Positions 35,677 to 47,090 of a stretch of DNA of 64,000 bases are shown piece after piece. This stretch comes from Oculina patagonica (lineage: Eukaryota), in the NCBI RefSeq assembly GCF_052425735.1, contig NC_135764.1:27404001-27468000 (forward strand), read 5' to 3'. How positions within the stretch are numbered: the first letter of the stretch is position 1; every line of letters begins with the position of its first letter. Below the pieces are notes generated by a model, which made no database searches, was not told where the DNA came from, and worked only from the letters and a program-made list of their open reading frames with translations. The position numbers and the translations under genes were made by a program.

Positions 35677-38600
35677 ATGGTTAACTTCCGGGCTTTTGCT
35701 TTCCTGTTTTTTCTGTGCTTCGCTTCAGAAATGAGAAGTACAGGTTAGTGACCATTTACTGTAATGAGACCAACTATTAATACCNNNNNNNNNNNNNNNN
35801 NNNNNNNNNNNNNNNNNNNNNNNNNNNNNNNNNNNNNNNNNNNNNNNNNNNNNNNNNNNNNNNNNNNNNNNNNNNNNNNNNNNNNNNNNNNNNNNNNNNN
35901 NNNNNNNNNNNNNNNNNNNNNNNNNNNNNNNNNNNNNNNNNNNNNNNNNNNNNNNNNNNNNNNNNNNNNNNNNNNNNNNNNNNNNNNNNNNNNNNNNNNN
36001 NNNNNNNNNNNGACAGTCAGTCACTCAGCCAGTCAGTCAGTCCAGTCAGTCAGTCCAGTCAGTCAGTCAGTCATTTAACCCATTTAAACAAACCATTTTT
36101 AGATGGTGGTAATGTCTACGACCCGTGCCGTGACTATCACGAGCTAAGTGAAGATAATCGAGCCGCAAGTTACAACACATTGACGAGCAAATCAGATAAA
36201 AACAGCAAATGGCAAAAGGACTGGTATCGATTCACTGGTGAAGCAGGAGACAGAATAGCCAGCATGTAAGTTTGGTCTGAAAATGCCGAGAAATGGAAAG
36301 GTATCTAAACTATATATTAATTTAGAAATTCGGAGAACACAATCTTTCTTTAAAGCTAAGAACGCCTCTAACCCTTGGACAGGAAACAGCGCTCAAGAGA
36401 CTGTCTCCACACCTTCGATGAATCGTATGCGAATTCTTCATACACGTAACCCGGCGTATCCAATCGAACAAAATCGAACCAAAAATCAATCGAACCCAAT
36501 CGAACACCAATCGATCGATTGGGTTTGGTAATCGAACAAAATTGAACATCTATTTTGCTGTGAGTTCGATTTTCGAGCCAATCGAACCGATCGAACTCAC
36601 TCCGATTCGACTTTGTTTGGAATCCGTCTCTTGATAAGTAAATCACGCAGGACTAACTAGGAGGACAGTGCACCGTACAAAATGTCCGCATTATAAACAA
36701 ACAGGAGTTCGGTAATCGAATCGAGTTCAATTGTCGAATGTTCGCTAATCGAACGTTCGATTTTGTTCGATTGTGGACTGTTCGTTAATCGAACGTTCGA
36801 TTTTGTTCGATTGACCAAATTTTATTGTGAGTTCGATTATGTTCGATTACCGAACCCAATCGAACGATTGGTGTTCGATTGGGTTCGATTACCGAACGTT
36901 CGATTGGATACGCCGGGACGTAACGACACACGCAACAACATTTTCGGTTTTGCGTTAAGTTTTAATTCCGAGCTAGACGCCGTAAATTACTTACAGAAAG
37001 TAATGAAATTCATTAAGTGTATCCAAATGAAGTTTTCCAGACTACTGAATGACGACCAAATTATTGACCAAATTAATGCTTGTTCAAAAACAAGATTACG
37101 CCATATGGCACGAGCTAGCGCGCGCTGTGGAATTTAAACCAAATATTGCAAATTTGATTGGCTAAGTTTTCCTCGTGATTTTCCAAAAAGGGCACTTAAT
37201 GGAAACGAACGTGCAAACGCTTTGGACAGTACGAATCAGAGGGAGTCACGCGTTTCAACCTTTAAGGATTTCTGAAAAATCCCTCCAGCGTCATTGACAA
37301 AGCAATGTCTGATCTTCTTCGCAGCGACACTATGGGAAAATGCCTAGAGCCGCCATCTTGCGGTGCCCGGTACCCAGGCTTCCTCCGAACTTCTCACCCG
37401 GAGGATCTGGCGCCAGGTGAACATGTCCAAGGAACTCTTTGCTTTGGCACCAGTTATGACTGCTGTTTTAAGAGAGCGACGATAACAATTATGAAGTGCC
37501 AGGGATTCTGGATTTATGAACTGCCTCGTCCTACTAACAAAGGAGCAAGATATTGTGGGAACAAAGGTAATATCACGATTTATACCATGCCATAGAAAAT
37601 ACAGCCAATCAGAATACAGGAAAGCCGTTGTATATTCGACGGTATTCAACCCAACCTTCCCATCGTGCGCTGCGATCTTATTCTTGATGAAATTTAGTGA
37701 GCGTATTTTCTATGGCATGGTATAAAATAGTTACACAACACTTTCTCGTGGTATACTATGGAATATCCCACTTGACACTTGTATTTTCTTGGTATACACA
37801 CTCGCCTAAAGGCTCGTGTGTATACCGAGAAAATACAAGTGACTCGTGGGATATTCCATAGTATACCACTCGAAAGCGTTGCATAACTAGTATGTACTGA
37901 ATAATGCTTTGTGTTGTAATAAAAGATCCTTCAATTCAAAACAAACTTCAAAATGAAAGTACAAAGGTAAAAAATCAATTTAGAAGAAACAATAAGACAA
38001 AAAAAAAAACAAATAATTATGATTGAGACAGATTTCAAATGACAAATTTAAAAAGAATTTGGCGATATTTTTATAGATGCACTTTGACAGCAGGAGACAT
38101 CAAAAGTACATATAGCCAAGATTGCTTAATAATTAATTGCGAGTTTCTTGGATATATAAGTTTTTGCGGCTAAAAAAATTGTGTAGATCCCTTTTTCAAT
38201 CCTTGTAACACAGATCATTCGCATTTAAACCAAGCACTTTGTTAACTGTTTTTATACCATGCCATAGAAAATACAGCCAATCAGAATACAGGAAAGCCGT
38301 TGTATATTTGACGGTATTCAACCCAACCTTCCCATCGTGCGCTGCGATTGTATTCTCGACGAAATTTAGTAAGCGTATTTTCTATGGTATGGTATAAAAT
38401 AGTTACACAACACTTTCTCGTGGTATACTATGGAAATCCCACTTGTCACTTGTATTTTCTTGGTATACACACTCGCCTAAAGGCTCGTGTGTATACCGAG
38501 AAAATACAAGTGACTCGTGGGATATTCCATAGTATACCACTCGAAAGTGTTGTATAACTAGTATTTTCTTATCTTTTTAAACAGTTCGTGAAACAAAACC

Positions 38601-40239
38601 AGAGTGCAATGAGAAGAAGTTACTCTATGGTAAGTGGGCCTCTTAGTTTAATTAGTAATTAATTAATTCAATTACGTAATTACTTGATTAATTAATGATG
38701 CATCAAGAGCCGGACACTCTGCAAAGAAGCCTGGAAAGACGTTTTAAATATTCTTATTCATCTTCTTCGATTGTCAGCTTATTAAATTAAAAACAATGAC
38801 AAACTTCTCTTGGTTTTCAGCAGTTCAGTCAATTAGACAGACATTTCGTAAAATTTGCTTGGTTGTTTATTTTCAGGTTTGAACAAGAAGAACGCAGCTA
38901 AATCATGCAAAGAAATGAAGAAAAGAAATAAAAACGCGGAGTCTGGTGTCTACTGGATTAACCCTGACGGCAATAACCCGACCCAGGCCTACTGCGATCA
39001 GGAAACCGACGGTGGAGGTTGGACACTAGTTTACAGCTACACGTTTACAAACTTCAGGTAAAACATATTTCTCCTAAGACTGTTTTCAAAGATTACTACC
39101 TTAAGCAAGACGTTAAGCAACTTTATTTGCAGTGGACAGAAGAAGTGTAGATTTGACTGTGTGTCGAGAGATGTCAATTTGGCAAAAATTCAATAAATTG
39201 GCTGCTAAAAGTATGATTAAGAAGATATAATCTATCCAATTCGGTGGCCATTTCATACCCCAGCAGGATACAAAGGACAGTTTCCTTCAGGAAAGGTGAA
39301 GACGCCTACATGAAGGAGACGGGGTTTTTCGTCGGCAGTTTAATGAACATCCCTTAAAGGTACCAAGATTCCAATTCTTTGGGTGTGACTCAAGTTCATT
39401 ACTGCCCCACAGATGATTTAATGCAGACTCAATGAACTTTGATGGCAAAGTGACTGAGGCCCGCCAATAGCAACATTCCTAAAAAGCATTATTTCTTGAC
39501 AATAAGTTCCAGTTAATTGGTGCCTTTGTTCAAAATCGCTCACTTAAAGGTGTCATGATATGTAGTAACTGAGAAATGCTGAAATGAAACAGTCTGAGCA
39601 GTACCAAAACACGGTTTTCAACCACCAAATGAATAAGTGACTAAATGACTTGAAGGTACAAAGAGCATCCACATCGATCTCTTCACAAAAAGACGCAAAA
39701 TTCTTTGTGCTTGATTTGATTGACACTGCATTTCCTTCAACAGAGGTTTCAGGTCATCTTCCAATGCCAACACCCCACGTCCTAACTGGCCAACATATGG
39801 TGACATCCCAGTATCGACCACAGCCCCCGTCAGCGAGACAGACTACAACGCCATGGACTTCAACCAGTGGAAGAATCTTGGCCACGAGTTTATGATCAAA
39901 TCTAACATCAACCACTGGATCGCTTGCAAAGATGGAACCGGAAGTTTGGTGGAATTCAGGGCCGGAAGTCTTCAGTGCCGCAATATCAAGAACGTCGCAT
40001 CCAAGTGCCACGGCTACGTTCCTGATCAGCTTATATTTCACACCGCTGGCAACCCAGGTGGCTTGTCCGTGGGCCCTGATCTGATTCGTTCCCAGAGCAA
40101 CGTGCGGCTGAAGGAGTATTATTACTTTGATGGCAACACGCGCACCAACTGGCCTACCCATGATCCTTGTGGTACTAACGCCTTGAATCATCTCACCAAT
40201 GTCGCTAATCCTCACGGGAATATTTACATCCGGGAATGA
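35677..40239 (+). CDS. Secreted protein B (paralog of A), ~397 aa
   Basis: Exons 35677-35743, 36103-36265, 37325-37566, 38585-38629, 38877-39057, 39744-40239 (1194 nt, in frame). Signal peptide MVNFRAFAFLFFLCFASEMRS. Same domains and intron phases as A. Intron 1 contains an N gap. Confidence 0.88.
35785..36011. other. Assembly gap (227 N)
   Basis: Run of n, adjacent to a (TCAG)n microsatellite. Confidence 1.
36450..36917. mobile_element. 468-bp TIR element with 6-bp TSD
   Basis: CCCGGCGTATCCAATCGAAC ... GTTCGATTGGATACGCCGGG. TSD ACGTAA at 36444-36449 and 36918-36923. Many AATCGAAC/GTTCGATT sub-repeats. Confidence 0.85.
37579..37892 (+). mobile_element. ~310-bp hairpin-bearing element (copy 1; Helitron- or Crypton-like)
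   Basis: TTTATACCATGCCATAG...GCATAACTAGTA. Hairpin CACTTGTATTTTCTTGGTATACAC...GTGTATACCGAGAAAATACAAGTG. Repeated at 38251-38563. Confidence 0.7.
38251..38563 (+). mobile_element. ~310-bp hairpin-bearing element (copy 2)
   Basis: Direct near-identical copy of 37579-37892 in the same intron. Confidence 0.7.
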
Positions 40240-41269
40240 TCGGTGTAGCCTTTGTATGCCATGGCAACGATATTGTGGGAACTATCGCATGTTCTTCGTT
40301 TAACGGTGTGGTTAAAGGGGTAATTGTTTAGTGACGTAATGAGTATATGAAAGTATATGAACTGTAAGTTAATGACGAAATGAATGAAATAATCCCCGCA
40401 GTGTGCAAGCAATTGTAAGCAAATGCATTTTTTAGCCTGAAACCATATAAATACCAGTGCGATGTTCTATCAACCTGAGCTATGAAGTCTTGATACGTTA
40501 GGAGCAAAGCTCGGATCATTTCATTCATTTCATATTCATTTAAATTGTGAAGATTAAATTGTTGTTTAAGGCAGCTCTTGTGTAAAATTATTGTGCTTTT
40601 CTTTCCTGCGATGCCAATCGATATGAAATGTGCCGATTCGTTTTTCAGATTAAAACAGTTTAACTTCAGTGACATAAAATGAAGTATAAACTTCTTAATA
40701 CGGCCACGTCACCGTCTGACCAAAATTTTTTTCTCTTTGCATTTTTTAAAACTGTAAATGACGAATAATTTGTAACTGGAAACGATCAAAGTTTTATTCG
40801 ATTTCTGTCTGTTTTGTTTTGTTTTGTTTCGTTTTTTTTTGTTTTTTTTTTGTTTTTGTTTTTTTTTTCTGTTTCGTTTTGTTTTGTTTCCCAAGTAACG
40901 GGTTAAACTTGTAGAGAAATGAAGGTTGTGGATTTCAAAAGGTGCCCTTTTGTCGCTTTAAAGAGATTGGCGACTGAACTTTCGTTTGGTCTCATAACAA
41001 ATAACCGTTATAATGAGAAAGTCGTAATTAAGGGGTGTCCAGGCAACATGCTCTGTTCTTGCAGCGAAGACTTAGGGAAGTTTCCGAAGATTTCCAAAGT
41101 GTCTCAAAGATTTTACAAATGATTTCAAAGAAGCTTAAAATTTTTGAAGAGATGTTTACTGCTAGCTGATGCATAAGCTGTTGCTTACAAACTATTCATT
41201 CCCTCGGGAGGCATGCGCAAGCTTAGGCGAGCGGTAAAATCCGTGACTAGCCAAGATACTGAGTCCCTT

Positions 41270-41292
41270 AATAGATCATATTAGTATTCTCG

Positions 41293-41325
<33 letters not shown>

Positions 41326-41445
41326 AATGCGGGTAATCTTTTCAAATGCAAATGACATGAAGCTCTTTTTAATGATATTCCCCCGCATTAGCCTCCATTG
41401 CAAGCTAGTTCCAGTTCAATACCGAGAATACGAATATGGTCTATT
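41270..41445. mobile_element. Palindromic MITE (copy also at ~51863-52038)
   Basis: AATAGA(T/C)CATATT.GTATTCTCGGTATTG.ACTGGAACTAGCTTGCAATGGAGGCTAATGCGGG arms. A second hairpin element follows at about 41484-41580. Confidence 0.8.
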
Positions 41446-42299
41446 GAAAACCCGAGATTGAGACTTGATTAATTTTTGGAAATTGACTACGAGCTCGAGT
41501 TTTCTATGAACAATAGTCAACTCTGCTGCGCCTCGTTGATTATTCGCTCATAGAAAACTCGTGCGCGTAGTCTAATTGTTAATTACACTACAAATTCGCT
41601 TTCTAACATGATCTGTATTTTACCAGCCGGAACAATTTCTGAACGTATGTTTTACCAACATTTACTGCTCATAACCTCCCTGTGAGAATCATGCTAACAG
41701 AAAGATCTGATGTACCAAATTCTGGGTTCATTTCAAGGACTGGGCTAAACTTTCATAACCGGTGAACCAGTAATGAAATGTCTAAAATGAGAATTTATTA
41801 AATAGCTGGTCTGGCGCGCGTTTGATGAGATGTCGCGCCGCCATTCCGTGCTCAGTATTCCGCTCAGACCAAGAAGACTGATGGGATATATAAGGCAATT
41901 TTCAAAGTAGCTCCAGTGTACCCTTAACAAATAATATCTGAATAAACGGAAAAAATTTACTTCAGTACGCGAAAAGACATGGGTAATCAATACCGGGTTC
42001 ATTCTCGGTGTGAGAAACTGTGAAAATTTATCAGTGACGTAAAACCAGGCGTAAAACAAAGAATTACCAGACAACGAAGAATCTCGAAACAATGTAGAGC
42101 AGGAAAACAGTAAGTTTAAATTCAAACAATGACAAATTACGTCATCAGCTTTTATACCGAGGTAAAGCCGAAAAATAGGGTAAGTTATATAGCTCAGCAT
42201 ATCAATTAAATTTAATTTAATTTTTCTTTTACATTTTTACATGGGAGCAAATAGAAACATATATAGGGCTGATAGGGTCTACAGTTTCTTCTTAAGAAA

Positions 42300-45200
42300 G
42301 ACAAAAAGTCTTTCATACTGTGTGGGAACACTTGAAAATAGTTAGCAATTAAAATTGTTTTGACTAGCCGATGAGATAACAGTAAACGTAAGCACAATGC
42401 TTATAGTTTCCTATTGGTTTGATCACTAGACTGAAGAACTCCTCGGGCGATTCATCTTTCTAGATCGTCTGGTTCCATTGAAGAATAGCCAAGTGTGACA
42501 ACTTGAAGATTAGCTTTTTATTGTACCTTTTGTGGACCTAGGTAGCCCATAGATATGAACGTGACTCATGCCTACAAGAAGTCTTAACGGAGATGCTGTG
42601 AGCAGTTTTATTCCTTTGGAGAACAGCAGGAATTTTAAAGCTTAATCCTTGCTTCGTTCAGTGTGACTTACCAAGCATGACTTTAAAACCAATAAATTAT
42701 TGACACGGATACTGGAACATCGTGCTTATGTTACCAAAATGATGCTTAATTTAATAAAATGTAATGGTGTTTTTAGACCTGCGCAGACCTGCGCAGCTCA
42801 TTGATATGAACGTGACTTTGTCTACAAGAAATCTTATCGGTATTAAGTTGAGAGAATAAGAGAAACTATGAGCAAATTTGTTTGCTGCTATTCCTTGAGA
42901 GAACAGCAGGAATTTTAAAGCTTAATCCTTGCTTTGTTCAGTATGACTTACCAAGCATGACTTCAAAACACCTTAATTATTGTCACAGATTCTGGAACAT
43001 CGTGTTAATGTTAGTAAAATGATGCTTAACTTAATGGGATTTCATTGCTTTGTTCAGTATGACTTGCCAAGCATGACTTCAAAACACCTTAATTATTGTC
43101 ACGGATTCTGGAACATCGTGCTTATGTTACCAAAATGTCGCTTAATTTAATAAAATGTAATGGTGTTTTTAGTTCAAATGATGACACGAAAAAATAGAAA
43201 AGAATGAGTAAGCCCAGCTATTCGATGTCAGAACAGGTGTGAAGTCGCGTGATGTAGTCCTTGCACAGCCTTCGTCATAAACATTAATTTGCCGATGTTA
43301 ACAAAAGAACAATTGCGTCAAAGTACCAAAAGTACAGTGAGGTGGAAAATCTATTCTTTTATATGGATAGATATGTAGTAAAGACTTCCTATTGGTTAAA
43401 TTTGCAATTTATTTGGTGAGAGAAACCACGTGGAAAATCTCTTGAAAAGTCAACACTGTGAAGAGCATTTCACTCTTGCCTTGTGAGAGCTAAAGAGCAA
43501 ACATCCCTTTCGACCTCGGACAACTCGGCTGGAAATCTAAGGTACGCAGATTTTTTTAACTAAACGTTATCCTAAAGGTGCTCAACTCTCTTAGCTTACG
43601 CGTGCATATCTGCAACTTTAGGAGCGTTGAGAATTCAACAAGTGTATTCACAAAAGATATTTTCTAAATTCTTGCCGATTCTTTGCTATACGGAGATGTA
43701 GGGGCCTAAAATTCTGAAAATCTACTTAGTACGTATACGAAAAACACCACCTAGTACTTTGTGCAGGTTACTGAAATTGCTTCAGGTCAAGCTAGTAAAG
43801 AGAACATCGATTATTTGTTTACTTAAGTCTAGATCTTAACAAGAGAAGAAGTAAGATGCGGTCTCCGTTCCCGCACATTAGAATCGTAGGATTTAACAAC
43901 ACCACCGAGGCTCAGCTAGACAAATGTAAATTTGACCATAAAGTGAATCATTGTTTAATTCAGTTTCAGTTTAACTGTTTTAATGATCAATACAAATCGG
44001 TAGAGGATAAGGATGAAGTATTATTTCGTTCTAAAACTTGATCGATTTGACTGTAGGGTAAGAAAAATTATTGCATAATCGTGCATTGGGTACACCAATG
44101 CCCTTGTAAATGTTATTTTACTTAAGCTGTGTGATAAAACTTGAAAGTATTTAGCAATTAAAATCTTTAGCACCCAGTTTAGCTTCCTATTGGTTTGACC
44201 ACTAGACTGAAGAACTCCTCGCGCGATTCGTCTTTCTAGATCGTCTGGTTCCATTGAAAAATAGCCAAGTGTGAAAACATGAAGATTAGCTTTTTATTGT
44301 GCCTTCTGTGGACCGACGCAGCCCATAGATATGAACGTGACTTATGCCTACAATAATTTTTGTCGGTTTTATGGGGGGGATCAAAGATTTTGTGAGCAAT
44401 TTTGTTTGCTGTAATTCCTTTGGAGAACAGCCCCAATTTAAAAACTTAATAATCATGTCTTTGTTCAGTATGACTTGCGAAGCATGACGTCAAAACGACT
44501 TAATTAATTACTGTTTTGTGGTTTTATGGAAAGCCATTGATACTGAGTGAAACATCGTGTTTGCCTTACCAAAATGATGTTTAATTTAAAGAAATTTAAT
44601 GGTGTTTCCAGTTCAAATGATGATGCGGAAATTTTAAATAGTAAGAGTAAAAGTCCAGGTTTTGAATGAAAAAACAGACTTGTAAGTTGCATGATGCAGT
44701 CCTTGTAAAGCTTTCTTCACAAATGTTAATTTGGTTTGTGAACAAAACTGAGAACAATAGCGTCTAAGTACCCAGAGCAAAGTGAGGTGGAAAATCTATT
44801 CTTTTATATGGAGAGACAGGTTTGACAAAGAAATGTCTTGCTATTGGTTAAACTCGCCCACTGATTTGGTGAGAGAATCCATGTGGAAAATCTCTTGAAA
44901 AGTCAACACTGTAAAGAGCATTTCACTCTTGCTTTGTGATAGCTGAAGAACAAACATCCCTTTCAACTTCGGACAACTCGGCTGGATAACTAAGGTAGGA
45001 AGATTTTCTTGAACCAAAATGTATCCTAAATCGTACTAAACTCCCTTAGGTTACGCATACGTGCAACGTTAGGAGCGTTAAGAATTCAAAAAGTGTATTC
45101 ACAAAAGTTATAATTTTCTAAAGCGTCTCTTAATTCCTGCCGATTGTCTGCTATACGAAGATAAAGAGGACTAAAATTCTGAACATCAACTGTACGTATA

Positions 45201-46540
45201 CAAAAATCACCACCAACTACTTTGTGCAGGTTACAAGAATTGCTACATGCCAAGGTAGTGAAGAGAACATCGATTGTTTGTTTACCTAAGTCTTAACAAG
45301 AGAAGAAGTAAGGTGTGCTCTCCGTTCCCGCGCATTAGAATCGTAGGATTTACAGTAACAAAACCACTGAGTCTCAGCTAGACAATTGTAAATTTGATCG
45401 TAAACCGTAGGCCCTGTCTCCTGCATCTTCAGTGTTACAATCAGCAGGGGACGTTAAAGAACCCACACACTCATCGTAAAGGGTAGGGCATAAAGTTCCC
45501 GGTGTTGTGGTCTGTTTCTATTCTATGGGTTGAATGGTGTGATGAGATCATATACATGGACGGATAGCGGCTGCCAAAGGCGCCTGATATGCTGATGTCC
45601 GGTCTCATCCAATAAAATTCTAACTGTGAAGCGCATTGAGCTTTGTAAATGCGCTATATAAGCACCTATATCATTCATTCATTCATTCATAAAGTGGATC
45701 GTTTTTTAATTTAATTTATCTTTTACACTGATGCTAAATCGGTAAAGGATAAAAATGACGTATTATTTCGTTCCAAAATTGGTCGATCTGACTACAGGGT
45801 AAAAAAAAATATTGCATTACCGTGCATTGAGTACACTATAGTGTGCATTGAAAATGTTAATTTACTTTTCCTGTGAGATAACACTTGAAATTAGCAATGT
45901 TTTGAATAGCCGATAAGATAACATCAAACCAGACTAAGCCTCCTATTGGCTTGATCACTGGATTGAAGAACTCCTCGGACGATTCGTCTTTCTTAATTGA
46001 CTGGTTCCTTTAAAGGGTAGCCAAGTGCGATAACATGAAAATTAGATGCAGTGTAGATGTTTATTGAGCCTTCTGTGGACCTGCGCAGCGCAAAGATACG
46101 AACGCGACTTACGTCTACAAGAAGTTATATCGGTAGAATAAGAGATGCTGTGAGCAATTCTGTTTGCTTTTATTCCTTTGGAGAACAGCAGGAATTTTAA
46201 AGCTTAATCATGTCTTTGTTCAGTATGACTTGCGAAGCATGACTTCAAATCAGCTTAATTATTGTTTTGATGTTTTATGGAAAGCCACGGATACTGAAAT
46301 ATCGTGCTTATGTAACCAAAATGATACTTTTATGTCAGATTTATGGAATTCAATGGTGTTTTCAGTTCAAATGATGACAAGAAAATTTACCAGCTTTTGA
46401 ATGTCGAAACATATGTGAACGTTGCGTGATGCAGTCCTAGCAAAGCCTTCTTTGCAAATTTGTAATTTGGTTGGTTAACAAAAGAACAATGGTGTCTAAG
46501 TACCTGGAGCACAGTGAGGTGTAAAGTCTATTATACTTAT
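42300..46540. repeat. Degenerate tandem array, ~1.77-kb unit, about 2.5 copies (duplicated at ~52885-57100)
   Basis: CCTATTGG.TTGA.CACT.GA.TGAAGAACTCCTCG recurs at about 42410, 44187 and 45941. TTTGTTCAGTATGACTT..C.AAGCATGAC recurs within the units. Confidence 0.8.
45397..45690 (+). mobile_element. 5'-truncated SINE with (TCAT)n tail (copy at 55975-56272)
   Basis: Matches the 3' half of the 33047-33428 SINE and ends GCGCTATATAAG...(TCAT)n. Confidence 0.75.
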
Positions 46541-47090
46541 GCTAGGCCATTATTCTTTTCTCTACCATTTTTAAAATATTAATGGCAGAAAAAGGCCAAT
46601 GTTTTTTGGGTATTTTTTTATAACTTTTTTGCACGAAGCAGATGTAACCTGAATTTCGGACGTCTTTCTTCGGTCGCTCACTCCCGATCGAGGAGAGACG
46701 CGACCGGAGAAGGACATCTGAAAATCAGGCTAAGGCAGATGTAACAGCTAGAACCGTCTAAATGCTGTTCTAAATGAGAAAATCTAGATCGCGGTCAATA
46801 TCGAGTTAAAGCCAATCAAATTCGTAAATTGGTAGTTCCCAGTCCTTGTTAAACAAGGCCGCATGAAAAAAAAAAATTTAGGAAGGTAATTTTTAAATCC
46901 AAAGAGGAAAGGACATTACAGATACACCTCAGTGCCATCTTTACCGCAATCAGATATATTATTGGTTTTAATTTCGAATTTTCTTTAGCGAATTGTTTAT
47001 GTGAAAAATTAGCAATTGTAGAGATTGCTTCCTTTTAGGCTTTGTGCAAACGTCATTTTAAACGGGTTTTATTATACACAGGTTTGCGTG

